Made by a program: the position numbers and the translations under genes. The notes under the pieces are model-generated. The model worked only from the letters and a program-made list of their open reading frames with translations. It made no database searches and was not told where the DNA came from. Positions 50,911-60,927 of a stretch of 64,000 bases of DNA are shown one piece after another (the stretch's first letter is position 1; the number at the start of each line of letters is the position of its first letter). The stretch is from Rhizobium sp. Q54 (lineage in GTDB: Bacteria; Pseudomonadota; Alphaproteobacteria; UBA828), in contig CAMDNF010000002.1 of the NCBI GenBank assembly GCA_945902735.1, forward strand, positions 1,400 to 65,399. The letters run 5' to 3'.

Positions 50911-51660
50911 ATGATCCTGTTTCCCGCCATTGATTTGAAAGACAACGCCTGTGTGCGCCTGGTGCAGGGCGACATGGCGCAGGCGACCGTGTTTTCCAAC
51001 GACCCCGCGCAACAGGCGAGCGACTTTCAAGCCCAAGGCTTCGAATGGCTCCATATCGTCGATCTCAATGGTGCGTTCGCGGGCCGGCCGTTGAACGGCC
51101 CGGCGGTCGCGGCGGTCCTGGGCGCCGTTCAGATTCCGGTTCAGCTCGGTGGTGGCATTCGCGATCTGGCGACGATCGAAGCCTGGCTCGAACACGGCGT
51201 GGCGCGCGTCATTCTCGGCACCGCGGCGGTGAAGAATCCGGACCTCGTGCGCGAAGCCTGCCGTTTGTTTCCAGATCGGATCGCGGTCGGGATCGATGCG
51301 CGCGCCGGGCTTGTCGCGGTCGGGGGCTGGGCAGAGAGTTCAACCATCACCGCGCTTGAGCTCGCCAAGGCGTTCGAAGATGCTGGCGTCGTGGCCGTTA
51401 TCTATACCGACATCGAACGCGATGGCGCGCTCGAAGGCCTGAATGTCGAGGCCACCGCCGAACTCGCGCGGGCGATCAAAACGCCGGTGATCGCGTCGGG
51501 CGGGCTCTCCAGCCTCGGTGATTTGCACCGGCTCAAGGCAGTGGAATCCACCGGCATCATCGGCGTGATCTCGGGCCGCGCGCTTTATGATAGGCGGATC
51601 GACCCGGCAGAGGCGTTGCGGATCCTCAAGCATCCCTCCCCCCGAGGGAGCAAGGCTTAG
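50911..51660 (+). CDS. hisA: ProFAR isomerase
   Basis: [22 protein letters not shown]…. Confidence 0.9.
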   Translation: MILFPAIDLKDNACVRLVQGDMAQATVFSNDPAQQASDFQAQGFEWLHIVDLNGAFAGRPLNGPAVAAVLGAVQIPVQLGGGIRDLATIEAWLEHGVARVILGTAAVKNPDLVREACRLFPDRIAVGIDARAGLVAVGGWAESSTITALELAKAFEDAGVVAVIYTDIERDGALEGLNVEATAELARAIKTPVIASGGLSSLGDLHRLKAVESTGIIGVISGRALYDRRIDPAEALRILKHPSPRGSKA

Positions 51661-51668
51661 GCGCGGCC

Positions 51669-52421
51669 ATGTTGAAGATGCGCGTCATTCCTTGTTTGGA
51701 TGTTCATGCCGGCCGCGTGGTCAAAGGCGTGCGCTTCGTCGATTTGAAGGACGCGGGCGATCCGGTCGAGCAGGCCACGCTTTATGACGCGCAAGGCGCG
51801 GACGAGCTCTGCTTCCTCGACATCACGGCAAGCCATGAGGCGCGCGATATTCTCTATGACGTGGTCAAACGCACCGCCGAGGCGTGCTTTATGCCGTTGA
51901 CGGTGGGCGGCGGCGTGCGCGTGATCGAGGATGTGAGAAAATTATTGCTGGCCGGCGCCGACAAGGTTTCGATCAACACCGAGGCAGTTCGCCGGCCTGA
52001 GTTCGTCAAGGAGGTGGCCGAGAAATTCGGCAGCCAATGCATCGTCGTCGCGATTGATGCCAAGCGCGCGGGCGAACGCTTCGAGATCTTCACCCATGGC
52101 GGGCGCAACGCGACTGGGCTCGATGCGATCGACTGGGCGCGCCGCATGGTGGCGGCCGGGGCAGGCGAGCTCCTCATCACTTCGATGGACCGCGACGGCA
52201 CCAAGGCAGGCTATGACATTCCGCTCACGCGCGGCATCGCCGATGCCGTTCCCGTGCCGGTGATCGCCTCGGGTGGTGTGGGCACGCTCGATCACATGAT
52301 CGCCGGTATTCGCGACGGCCATGCCACCGCGGTGTTGGCGGCGTCGATCTTTCACTTCGGTACGTATTCGATTCAGCAAGCCAAACAGCACATGCAACGC
52401 GCCGGTATTCCGGTACGCTGA
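51669..52421 (+). CDS. hisF: Imidazole glycerol phosphate synthase, cyclase subunit
   Basis: [26 protein letters not shown]…. Confidence 0.9.
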   Translation: MLKMRVIPCLDVHAGRVVKGVRFVDLKDAGDPVEQATLYDAQGADELCFLDITASHEARDILYDVVKRTAEACFMPLTVGGGVRVIEDVRKLLLAGADKVSINTEAVRRPEFVKEVAEKFGSQCIVVAIDAKRAGERFEIFTHGGRNATGLDAIDWARRMVAAGAGELLITSMDRDGTKAGYDIPLTRGIADAVPVPVIASGGVGTLDHMIAGIRDGHATAVLAASIFHFGTYSIQQAKQHMQRAGIPVR

Positions 52422-52447
52422 GACGTCTTTGTCGGAGAGAGGCAATC

Positions 52448-53842
52448 ATGGCGCTGAACGATGCCCGCGGCGAACCCACCAGTAGCAGCAACCACGCCGC
52501 GCTCGATGGTTTTGAGACAGCCTTGGCCGAGCTCAATGCCTATGTCGGTGATCCGCTCGCCACCATCAATGGCGTGATCGAGGCCGATCCTTCCTTTGTG
52601 CTCGGGCCTATATTGAAGGCACATATTCTCTCGCTCTCGACCGAGCGTGCCGCCGAACCTGAATTGAGACGTACGGTCGAAGCCGCCGAGGCGCTCGACA
52701 ACAACGCCAATGCGCGCGAGCGCGGGCATATCCGCGCTGTGCGCGCCTGGCTCGATGGCCAATATCACGAGATGCCCAATCTTTTGGAAAAGGTGTTGAT
52801 CGACCACCCGCGCGATCTATTGGCGCTGCAAATCGCGCATATCGGTGACTTTTTTGTCGGCGACGCGCTGAATTCGCGCGATCGCATCGCGCGCGTGCTG
52901 CCGCTGTGGGACGATCGGGTGCCGGGCTATGGTTATGCCCTCAGCATGCACGCCTTTGGCCTCGAAGAGATGGGCGATTATGGCGCGGCCGAGAAAGCGG
53001 CGAAGCGCGCCATCGCGCTCAACCCGAAAGATGCCTGGGGCATCCACGCTTTTGCCCATGTGTGCGAAATGCAGGCGCGTCACGCCGATGGCGTTGCCTG
53101 GCTCGAAAGCCGGGAGAAGGATTGGGCGCCGGGTAATTTTTTTCAAATCCACAATTGGTGGCACTTGGCGCTCTATTATCTCGATCGCGGCGATATCGCG
53201 AAGGTTCTGGCGCTCTATGACGGGCCGATTCGGAGCGGCCACTCCAAAATCGCGCTCGATATGTTGGATGCCGCGGCGCTTTTGTGGCGCCTCCATCTGC
53301 TCGATGTCGATTGCGGCGCGCGCTGGGACGAGCTTGCCACGCTTTATTCGCCATTGACCGATGATGCCTATTACGCCTTCAACGACATGCACGCGATGAT
53401 GTGCTTTACCGCGAGCGGGCGCGCGGCCGAGGCCGCCAAATTGCTCGCCGCGCAAGAAACCCTCGCGCGCGAATGGTCTGGCACCAATGCCATGATGACG
53501 CGTGAAATTGGCTTGCCTGTGTGTCAGGCGATGCATGCCTTCGGTCATGGCGATTATGCGAAAGCGGTCGATCTATTGTTGAGCCTTCGCTCGAAGGCCA
53601 ATCGCTTCGGCGGCAGCCATGCGCAACGCGATGTGTTGACGCAAACGCTGATCGTCGCAGCCTTGAAAAGCGGTCAACACCGGCTCGCGCGCGCGCTTGG
53701 CCATGAACGGATCGCCTTGAAGCCCGCGAGCGCGAGCGGTCATGGTTTTCTCGCGCGGGCTTTGGCGGCGCTCGGCGATCAGGCCGGTGCCGCGCGAGAA
53801 GAAGCCAAAACGGCCTCGCTGCGCGGCCCGATCAAACACTAG
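52448..53842 (+). CDS. TPR-like protein (TTC38-family)
   Basis: 464 aa, helical-repeat composition, no catalytic motifs recognised; sits between hisF and hisE. Confidence 0.55.
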   Translation: MALNDARGEPTSSSNHAALDGFETALAELNAYVGDPLATINGVIEADPSFVLGPILKAHILSLSTERAAEPELRRTVEAAEALDNNANARERGHIRAVRAWLDGQYHEMPNLLEKVLIDHPRDLLALQIAHIGDFFVGDALNSRDRIARVLPLWDDRVPGYGYALSMHAFGLEEMGDYGAAEKAAKRAIALNPKDAWGIHAFAHVCEMQARHADGVAWLESREKDWAPGNFFQIHNWWHLALYYLDRGDIAKVLALYDGPIRSGHSKIALDMLDAAALLWRLHLLDVDCGARWDELATLYSPLTDDAYYAFNDMHAMMCFTASGRAAEAAKLLAAQETLAREWSGTNAMMTREIGLPVCQAMHAFGHGDYAKAVDLLLSLRSKANRFGGSHAQRDVLTQTLIVAALKSGQHRLARALGHERIALKPASASGHGFLARALAALGDQAGAAREEAKTASLRGPIKH

Positions 53843-53855
53843 AGAGGAACGGTCG

Positions 53856-54194
53856 ATGGCTGGAGAAAAATCCAACGCCGCGATTTTGGACGAGCTTTAT
53901 GCCGTGATCGAAAGCCGCAGAGGCGGCGACCCCGCCACCTCATACACCGCCAAATTGTTCGCCAAGGGGCGCGACCATATCGCGAAGAAATTTGGCGAGG
54001 AGGCGGTTGAGGCCGTAATTGCCGCGACCAGCCAGAGCAAGCCCGAACTCATTGCCGAAAGCGCCGACGTGTTGTTCCATTTGCTCGTGCTTTGGGCCGA
54101 GCGCGACATCAAACCGGCCGAGGTGTTCGCCGCGCTTGCGATACGCAAAAGCCAGTCCGGGATCGAGGAAAAGAAAAACCGGAAGAATACTTAG
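53856..54194 (+). CDS. hisE: Phosphoribosyl-ATP pyrophosphatase
   Basis: MAGEKSNAAILDELYAVIESRRGGDPATSYTAKLFAKG…EAADVLFHLLVLW…. Confidence 0.85.
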   Translation: MAGEKSNAAILDELYAVIESRRGGDPATSYTAKLFAKGRDHIAKKFGEEAVEAVIAATSQSKPELIAESADVLFHLLVLWAERDIKPAEVFAALAIRKSQSGIEEKKNRKNT

Positions 54195-54243
54195 TTCCTC
54201 GCCGCCTTCGCTGGCGGGCGAGCGTTTTCGAGGGAGCGTGCCG

Positions 54244-54606
54244 ATGCGCTATGACACGACCAACATCTTCGCTCGCATTTTGCGTGGGGAGTTGCCGGCG
54301 ACGAAGGTTTATGAGGATGACCATGTGCTCGCCTTCAACGACATCGCGCCCAAGGCGCCGGTGCATGTGTTGGTGATTCCGAAGCAGCCTTTTGTCTCGA
54401 TGGATGATTTTTCGCGCATTGCCGGGCCGGAGGAGGTCGGGCGCTTTTTCAAAACGGTCGGCGAGATCGCGCGCCAATTGGGCCTCGCCCCAAACGGCTA
54501 TCGCCTGATCCTCAATATCGGCGGTCATGGCGGCCAGGAAGTGCCCCACATCCATGTCCATATTCTGGGCGGTCGGCCGATCGGCCCCATGGTGATGGTG
54601 CGCTAA
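54244..54606 (+). CDS. HIT-family (histidine triad) protein
   Basis: …IFARILRGELPATKVYEDDHVLAFNDIAPKAPVHVLVIPK… and the HIHVHILGG triad. Confidence 0.85.
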   Translation: MRYDTTNIFARILRGELPATKVYEDDHVLAFNDIAPKAPVHVLVIPKQPFVSMDDFSRIAGPEEVGRFFKTVGEIARQLGLAPNGYRLILNIGGHGGQEVPHIHVHILGGRPIGPMVMVR

Positions 54607-54666
54607 TCCGATTTGACGAACGCGCCTAGGCGCGCTCAAACAGGCGACGCAAAAAGGAAACCCGCC

Positions 54667-56178
54667 ATGAAGGTTGCGTTGCCCACGCCTGAGGAAATCG
54701 CACACATCGCCGCGCAATGCGGCTTTCACCTGACAGCCGACGAGATCGCGGCCTATCGCGGCCTGATGCCGATTTACATCGCGAGCTATAATTACGTCGA
54801 TGGCCTGGCCGAGGATCCGCCGCGCGTGAAATACCCGCGCGGGCGAGGGCACCGGCCAGCTGCGGCCGAGAACAAATATGGCGCCTGGGCCTGGAAGGCG
54901 CGGGTCGAAGGGGCGGCGAATGGTCCGCTCAAGGGCAAGACGGTCGCGTTGAAGGATAGCGTGATGCTCGCCGGCGTGCCGATGATGAATGGCGCGCGCC
55001 CGCTCGAAGGCTTCGTGCCGGACCATGACGCGACGGTGGTCGAGCGCCTGCTCGATGCCGGCGCGACGATTTTGGGCAAGGCGGAGTGCGAGGCGCTTGG
55101 CCTTTCCGGCGCGAGCCACACGAGCCCCTTCGGCCCCGTGCATAACCCGCGCAAATTCGGCTATTCGGCGGGCGGCTCGTCCTCCGGTTGCGCGACGCTG
55201 GTTGGGCTCGGCGAGGTGGATATGGCGCTCGGCGGCGATCAGGGTGGCTCGATCCGCATGCCGGCGTCCTATTCCGGCGTATGCGGCATGAAGCCGACCT
55301 ACGGCCTCGTGCCCTATACCGGCATCATGCCGATGGAAATCACGGTCGATCATGCCGGGCCGATCACAGCGACCGTGCGCGACAATGCGCTGATGCTCGA
55401 GGCCATCGCGGGGCCCGATGGCATCGACCCGCGCCAGCGCGATGTGATCGTGCATCCTTATGCCGCGATGCTCGATGGTGGGGTGAAGGGCTTGCGCATC
55501 GGCGTCGTGAAGGAGGGCTTCGGATGGCCGACCTCGGAGCCCGATGTCGATGACAGCGTGCGCCGCGCCGCAGAATTGTTCCGCAAGCTCGGCGCCAATG
55601 TGCATGAGATTTCAATTCCGCTGCATCGGAATGGCATCGATATTTGGCAGCCGGTCGCGCTTGATGGAATCATGGCGACCGCGATGTGGGGCGAGGGCCA
55701 GGGCGCGAGCCGCCTCGACCGCTACGCGGTCGGTCTCATGGCGCGCATGCGCGATTGGCCCAAACGCGGCGATGAGCTGCCCCACACGGTCAAAATGATG
55801 ACCGTGCTCGGCACCTATATCAAACAACGCCATGGCCTGCATTTTTATGGCAAGGCGATGAATCTGTGGGACCGTTTGCGCGGCGCCTATGATGCGGCGC
55901 TGAACGAGTGCGATCTGTTGCTGATGCCGACGCTGCCCTTGAAGGCAACCAAGCTGCCGACGGCTGATGCCGGCCCGACCGAAATCGTGCGCCGCGCGCA
56001 TGAGATGCTCTTGAACGTAGCGCCGTTCGACGCGAGCCATCATCCGGCGATGTCAATCCCGTGCGGCCTGAGCGACGGTCTGCCGATCGGGGTGATGCTG
56101 ATCGCCAAGCATTTCGACGAGCCGACGATCTATCGCGCGGCTTATGCGTTCGAGCAGGCCGAGGATTGGACGCGCTAA
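54667..56178 (+). CDS. Amidase (amidase-signature family)
   Basis: AS-family signature …GGSSSGCATLVG… with the Ser-cisSer-Lys context; ATG at 54667. Confidence 0.85.
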   Translation: MKVALPTPEEIAHIAAQCGFHLTADEIAAYRGLMPIYIASYNYVDGLAEDPPRVKYPRGRGHRPAAAENKYGAWAWKARVEGAANGPLKGKTVALKDSVMLAGVPMMNGARPLEGFVPDHDATVVERLLDAGATILGKAECEALGLSGASHTSPFGPVHNPRKFGYSAGGSSSGCATLVGLGEVDMALGGDQGGSIRMPASYSGVCGMKPTYGLVPYTGIMPMEITVDHAGPITATVRDNALMLEAIAGPDGIDPRQRDVIVHPYAAMLDGGVKGLRIGVVKEGFGWPTSEPDVDDSVRRAAELFRKLGANVHEISIPLHRNGIDIWQPVALDGIMATAMWGEGQGASRLDRYAVGLMARMRDWPKRGDELPHTVKMMTVLGTYIKQRHGLHFYGKAMNLWDRLRGAYDAALNECDLLLMPTLPLKATKLPTADAGPTEIVRRAHEMLLNVAPFDASHHPAMSIPCGLSDGLPIGVMLIAKHFDEPTIYRAAYAFEQAEDWTR

Positions 56179-56741
56179 TCGATCAGATGGTCGGATTGGT
56201 TTCTATGGTCAGACACGCATTCGATGCAAGATACATGCTGCCCAATATCGTAAAGAATGTAGCACTCCCCCGGCTCTGTGTTCCTGAATCTTTTTATGTG
56301 TTCGACCAATTCGTATAAAATCTCTCCTGACTTTAAAGTTGTCTTGTGATGAGATTCGTATCCCGGCGCTGAAAATACGAAAAACTTGAGGGGCGCCTTG
56401 CCGATCAGAAGCTTATTAAAATCCTTCATTATTTCGTCTTTTTTTCGCGCCAGCTCTATTTCACAAATCAATAATACATCACGAAATATGTCACCTTTAG
56501 ATCGTGCCCACACAACGTCAAATAAGAACTCGCGCTTACCTCTTTCGCCCGATGCAAAAAACTCTGAATCGTTAGGAGAATGGTCTCGGAATACGCCCTT
56601 AATTTCTGAGGTGTTCGCTTTTGTTTTATCGAGCGCTGATATGATGGAATTTATATTAGAAAATAATCCCTCTCGCCGCCACGAAGTCAAAGTTAAAAAT
56701 TCCAGATCTTCGTCCTCGTACAGATCGTCATCGTCGTCCAT
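56175..56741 (-). CDS. Orphan hypothetical protein encoded on an AT-rich islet (poly-acidic N-terminus; possible restriction-endonuclease-like core, unverified)
   Basis: 188-aa ORF uninterrupted through a ~40% GC segment, against ~65% in flanks. N-terminus MDDDDDLYEDEDLEF. Segment …GERGKREFLFDVVW…DVLLICEIELARKKDE… weakly resembles a PD-(D/E)xK β-β-α core. C-terminal C/H cluster C-x10-H-x2-C-x2-C-x3-H. No family recognised by eye. Confidence 0.55.
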   Translation of the reverse strand: MDDDDDLYEDEDLEFLTLTSWRREGLFSNINSIISALDKTKANTSEIKGVFRDHSPNDSEFFASGERGKREFLFDVVWARSKGDIFRDVLLICEIELARKKDEIMKDFNKLLIGKAPLKFFVFSAPGYESHHKTTLKSGEILYELVEHIKRFRNTEPGECYILYDIGQHVSCIECVSDHRNQSDHLID

Positions 56742-56817
56742 CTAATTGCTCCACTAAGATGCGAATGCTCCCCGCTGCTCCAGTTAGCGTATCTTGCGAG
56801 ACAAGTGACGAACAACG

Positions 56818-57315
56818 ATGAATGCAATGCAGCTGCAAATCCGCCCCGCCACACGCGCGGACGACGAAGCGGTTTGGCGCGTGATCGAACCGATGATCCG
56901 CGAGGGCGAAACCTATCCGCTGCCGCACGACATGACGCGGGACGCCGCGCTCGCGCATTTCCACCAGCCGGGTCATGAGATGTTCGTGGCCGAGGTCGAT
57001 GGCATCGTTCTCGGCACGTATTATTTGCGGCGCAATACCGGGGGTGGCGGCAGCCATGTGGCGAATTGCGGCTATGTCACCTTGCCAGCGTCGCGCGGGC
57101 TTGGCGTCGCGCGCGCCATGTGCCTCCATTCGCTCGATCACGCAAGAACGCACGGTTACCGTGCGATGCAATTCAATTTCGTGATCAGCACCAACGAGGC
57201 CGCCGTGCATTTGTGGCAGGCCTGCGGCTTTGCCATTGTCGGGCTCTTGCCCGGCGCGTTTCTCTCTCCCCGTCATGGCTATGTCGATGCGCTGGTGTTT
57301 TATCAGGCGCTATAG
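56818..57315 (+). CDS. GNAT-family N-acetyltransferase
   Basis: …VTLPASRGLGVARAMCLHSLDHARTHGYRAMQFN…. Confidence 0.75.
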   Translation: MNAMQLQIRPATRADDEAVWRVIEPMIREGETYPLPHDMTRDAALAHFHQPGHEMFVAEVDGIVLGTYYLRRNTGGGGSHVANCGYVTLPASRGLGVARAMCLHSLDHARTHGYRAMQFNFVISTNEAAVHLWQACGFAIVGLLPGAFLSPRHGYVDALVFYQAL

Positions 57316-57330
57316 GATTAGAGGCCTGCC

Positions 57331-58440
57331 ATGAAGACCATCAAGATCGACCGCGCTAGTCATCTCTGCGAGCAGCCCGAGACCGGGCACAATCGCTGGC
57401 ACCCCGATCTCGCGCCGCTGTTCGAGGTTGCAGAGGGCGAGGAGCTCAGTATCGAAACCCGCGATTCGAGCGATGGCTATCTGCCGGCGGGCGCGACGGT
57501 GGCCGATATGACCAAGTTCTCACCCAACGTGGTGCACCCCTTGACCGGGCCGATCGCGATCAAGGGGGCCAAGCCCGGCGATCTGTTGGAAATCGAGTTT
57601 CTCGACATCATCCCACGGGCGCGCGGCTTCTCGGTCATCGTGCCGGGCCTGGGCTATTTGCCCGATTTGTTTCCTGAGCGCTTTCTGGTGCATTGGACGC
57701 TGAAAGACGGCTTCGCGATCTCGGCGCAAATTCCGGGTGTGCGCATTCCCGCCGCGCCGTTCATGGGCATATCGGGCGTTGCGCCTTCGCATGACCAACT
57801 GGCGGCCTGGACCAAACGCGAGGCGGCGCTGGTCAAGGCCGGTGGCCACGCCTTCCCGCCCGAGCCCGAGGCTGCGGTGCCGGCGGGTGGGACGATCGCG
57901 ACGCATGGTCTCCGCACCGTGCCGCCGCGCGAGAATGGCGGCAATTTCGACGTCAAGCAGCTGACCAAGGGCGCCAAGCTTTTTTTGCCGGTCGCGGTCG
58001 AGGGCGCGCTGTTCTCGACCGGCGATAGCCATTTCGCGCAGGGCGATGGCGAGGTTTGTTTGAGCGCGATCGAAATGGGGGCGACCTGCGTGGTGCGGTT
58101 CAAGCTGCACCAGGGGGCGGCCGAGCGGCGCAAAATAAAATGGCCGATGTTCGCGCGCGACAGCTATTTCGCCGAGCCGCGCTTCGCCATGCCGGAGCGC
58201 TTCACCGCGACCATGGGCATGCCGATCGACGATGATGGCGTCAATCACAATGGCGATCTCAGTCTCGCCACGCGCAATGCGCTCATCGCCATGCTCGCGC
58301 TGTTGCAGGAGCGCGGCTATTCCAAAGAACAGGCCTATGTGATTTGCAGCGTCGCGGTCGACCTCAAAATCTCGAACGTGGTCGACGGGCCGAACTTCGT
58401 GGTCAGCGCCTTCCTGCCCGAGGCGATTTTCGACGCTTGA
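57331..58440 (+). CDS. Acetamidase/formamidase-family protein (FmdA/AmdA)
   Basis: MKTIKIDRASHLCEQPETGHNRWHPDL… and the conserved …GGNFDVKQLTKGAKLFLPV… region. Confidence 0.85.
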   Translation: MKTIKIDRASHLCEQPETGHNRWHPDLAPLFEVAEGEELSIETRDSSDGYLPAGATVADMTKFSPNVVHPLTGPIAIKGAKPGDLLEIEFLDIIPRARGFSVIVPGLGYLPDLFPERFLVHWTLKDGFAISAQIPGVRIPAAPFMGISGVAPSHDQLAAWTKREAALVKAGGHAFPPEPEAAVPAGGTIATHGLRTVPPRENGGNFDVKQLTKGAKLFLPVAVEGALFSTGDSHFAQGDGEVCLSAIEMGATCVVRFKLHQGAAERRKIKWPMFARDSYFAEPRFAMPERFTATMGMPIDDDGVNHNGDLSLATRNALIAMLALLQERGYSKEQAYVICSVAVDLKISNVVDGPNFVVSAFLPEAIFDA

Positions 58441-58463
58441 GCGATCGGCCCGCGCGGCAGGAT

Positions 58464-59984
58464 TCATCGCGGCAATTCGATGCGCCGATAGGAAACCGCT
58501 TCGGCGATGTGGACGCGGCGAAGGCCATCCATGCCTTCCAGATCGGCCAGGGTGCGGGCCAGGCGCAACACGCGGTGATAGCCGCGCGCGGAAAGTTTCA
58601 AGCGCTCGACCGCCTCGGATAATAGCGTCTTGCCCTTGTCGTCGGGCTGCGCGATCTGGTCGAGCAATTCGCCCTCGGCCTCGGCATTGGTGCGCACGCG
58701 CGGCCAGGCGCCGAGCGATTTGAAGCGCGAGGCCTGCACCTCGCGCGCTTTTGCGATGCGCGCGGCGACCATGGCGGAATTTTCCTTCGGTGGCGGCAGA
58801 GCGAGATCGTTCGCTGAAAGCTCGCCAACCTCGACATGCTGGTCGATGCGGTCATAAAGCGGGCCCGAGATGCGGGTTTGATAGTCGCCCGCGCATTTGG
58901 GTGCGCGCGTGCAAGCGCGCGAGGGGTCCGACAAATAGCCGCAGCGGCAGGGGTTCATCGCGGCGATCAATTGAAACCGCGCGGGGTAGGTGACGTGCGC
59001 ATTGGCGCGTGCGATCGAAACACGCCCCGCCTCGATCGGCTGGCGCAGCGCGTCCAACACCTGGCGCGGGAATTCGGGCAGCTCATCCAAAAACAACACG
59101 CCCTTATGCGCGAGCGACACCTCGCCGGGTTTCGCGCGCAAGCCGCCGCCGACCATCGCCGGCATCGATATGCCATGATGCGGGTCGCGAAAGGGCCGGC
59201 GGCGCGTGAGCTTGCCATCGGTCAATTGCCCGGCGACCGAGGCGATCAAACTCACCTCCAGGGCCTCGGTCGGATCAAGCGGCGGCAAGAGGCCTGGCAG
59301 GCGTTGCGCCAACATGGATTTACCCGCACCGGGCGGCCCGATCATCAAGAGGTTATGCGCGCCGGCGGCGGCCACTTCGAGCGCGCGCTTGGCGCTCTCC
59401 TGGCCCTTCACATCGGCGAGATCCGGATAGCGCGTCGCGTCATCGGCGAGCAGCGGCTTGGGCGCGGCCAATAGCTGGGTGCCCTTGAAATGATTGATCA
59501 GGGCTAGGAGCGAGGGCGCCGCGATCACCTCGGCGCCGCCGGCCCAGGCCGCCTCGCCGCCATTGCCCGCCGGGCAGATCAGACCCAGTCCCTTGGCGTG
59601 GGCGGCCATGGCCGCCGGCAATGCACCGGCGACCGGGATCAACGCGCCGTCCAGGCCCAGCTCACCCAGCGCGGCATAGCCCGCGATTTCCTCTTCGGGC
59701 AAAACGGCCATGGCGGCCAGAAGACCAAGCGCGATTGGCAGGTCGTAATGGCTGCCCTCTTTCAAAATATCGGCTGGTGCGAGGTTGACCGTGATGCGCC
59801 GCGTCGGGAGCGATAGCCCGAGCGCCGAAATCGCCGCGCGCACGCGTTCGCGCGATTCGCCCACCGCCTTGTCGGGCAGGCCGACCACCCTGAAATTCGG
59901 CATGCCGGCGCCGATGTGGACCTGCACGTCGACCGGCTCGGCCTCGATGCCGATGAAGGCGACGGTGTTGATATGCGCGACCAT
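58464..59984 (-). CDS. YifB/ComM-family Mg-chelatase-like AAA+ ATPase
   Basis: N-terminal Lon-like domain, Walker A LLMIGPPGAGKSMLA, and a C-terminal Mg-chelatase ChlI-like region. Confidence 0.85.
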   Translation of the reverse strand: MVAHINTVAFIGIEAEPVDVQVHIGAGMPNFRVVGLPDKAVGESRERVRAAISALGLSLPTRRITVNLAPADILKEGSHYDLPIALGLLAAMAVLPEEEIAGYAALGELGLDGALIPVAGALPAAMAAHAKGLGLICPAGNGGEAAWAGGAEVIAAPSLLALINHFKGTQLLAAPKPLLADDATRYPDLADVKGQESAKRALEVAAAGAHNLLMIGPPGAGKSMLAQRLPGLLPPLDPTEALEVSLIASVAGQLTDGKLTRRRPFRDPHHGISMPAMVGGGLRAKPGEVSLAHKGVLFLDELPEFPRQVLDALRQPIEAGRVSIARANAHVTYPARFQLIAAMNPCRCGYLSDPSRACTRAPKCAGDYQTRISGPLYDRIDQHVEVGELSANDLALPPPKENSAMVAARIAKAREVQASRFKSLGAWPRVRTNAEAEGELLDQIAQPDDKGKTLLSEAVERLKLSARGYHRVLRLARTLADLEGMDGLRRVHIAEAVSYRRIELPR

Positions 59985-60012
59985 GGCGGCCTCAAAATTC
60001 GGCGCGCGCCGC

Positions 60013-60849
60013 TCAGGTGCGGTGCGCGGTCACGCCCGTGTCGCGATAATAGATTTGGCGCTGCTGCTCTTCGGCGCGCCGATGAAAGGCCACCGCCTCG
60101 TCATCGAAATCGCCTTTAGGCAGCGGCTCGTGCGTGACATGGTTGTAGCGGTCTTGGCCACGCACCAGCGCCGCGCTATCCCAGGCGGAGAGGGTCTGGC
60201 GCGTCTCGGGCGGGATATAGCGCAGCACGATCGCGATGCGCCGGTCGTCGCTCTGGTTGGGCGGCGAGCTATGCGCGATGCCAAAGGCAAACAACGCCGC
60301 CTCGCCGGTGTCGAGCGTGATATCGACGGCCTTCGCTTCATCGACCGTCACCGCGATCTCCTGGCCGCGCGTCAGCATGTTGTCCTGATGAAAGGTATCC
60401 TTGTGCGGCAGAGTCGGCCCGACATGGCTGCCGGGCACGAGCCGCATACAGCCGCTCATCACGGTTGCCGGCGATAAGGCGATCCACACGCTCACGAGCT
60501 TTTTGGTGTCGAGGCCCCAATAATTATTGTCCTGGTGCCATGAGACGAAATTGGCCGAGCGCGGCTCCTTGATGAACCAATTGGTGTTCCAACACAGAAT
60601 GTCGGGGCCGATCAAATCCTCAACCATATCGAGGATAGTGGGCGCGCGGATCAGGTCGGCCAGCCATTTGAAGAGCAGATGACTTTTGAACCGATAGGCG
60701 CCCTTGAGCGCGCCGCCATGCGCCGCCTCGAAGGCTTCGAGGTGTTGGCGGTAGGACAAGGCCGTGGTCGCGTCGAGCGCGCGGATCGGGAAGATCACGC
60801 CGTCGCGCCGATATCGCTCAATCGCTTGAGGCGCCAGGCTTCGGGGCAT
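60013..60849 (-). CDS. Phytanoyl-CoA dioxygenase (PhyH)-family Fe(II)/2OG oxygenase
   Basis: …SWHQDNNYW… HxD motif region; PhyH-family N-terminus. Confidence 0.75.
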   Translation of the reverse strand: MPRSLAPQAIERYRRDGVIFPIRALDATTALSYRQHLEAFEAAHGGALKGAYRFKSHLLFKWLADLIRAPTILDMVEDLIGPDILCWNTNWFIKEPRSANFVSWHQDNNYWGLDTKKLVSVWIALSPATVMSGCMRLVPGSHVGPTLPHKDTFHQDNMLTRGQEIAVTVDEAKAVDITLDTGEAALFAFGIAHSSPPNQSDDRRIAIVLRYIPPETRQTLSAWDSAALVRGQDRYNHVTHEPLPKGDFDDEAVAFHRRAEEQQRQIYYRDTGVTAHRT

Positions 60850-60927
60850 GGCTCGCTCCCTGCTGTGGCCATCATCATGCCGCGCCGGCCCCGCCCCGTC
60901 GAGGGGTAGGGGCGGGGCCCTGGCCGC

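Noticed and set aside
60864-60896. Hairpin ggccccgcccc-gtcgaggggta-ggggcggggcc between the PhyH and cupin genes as a terminator
   Set aside because: Strong stem but no T-run follows on the minus strand; probably a structural or REP-like hairpin.
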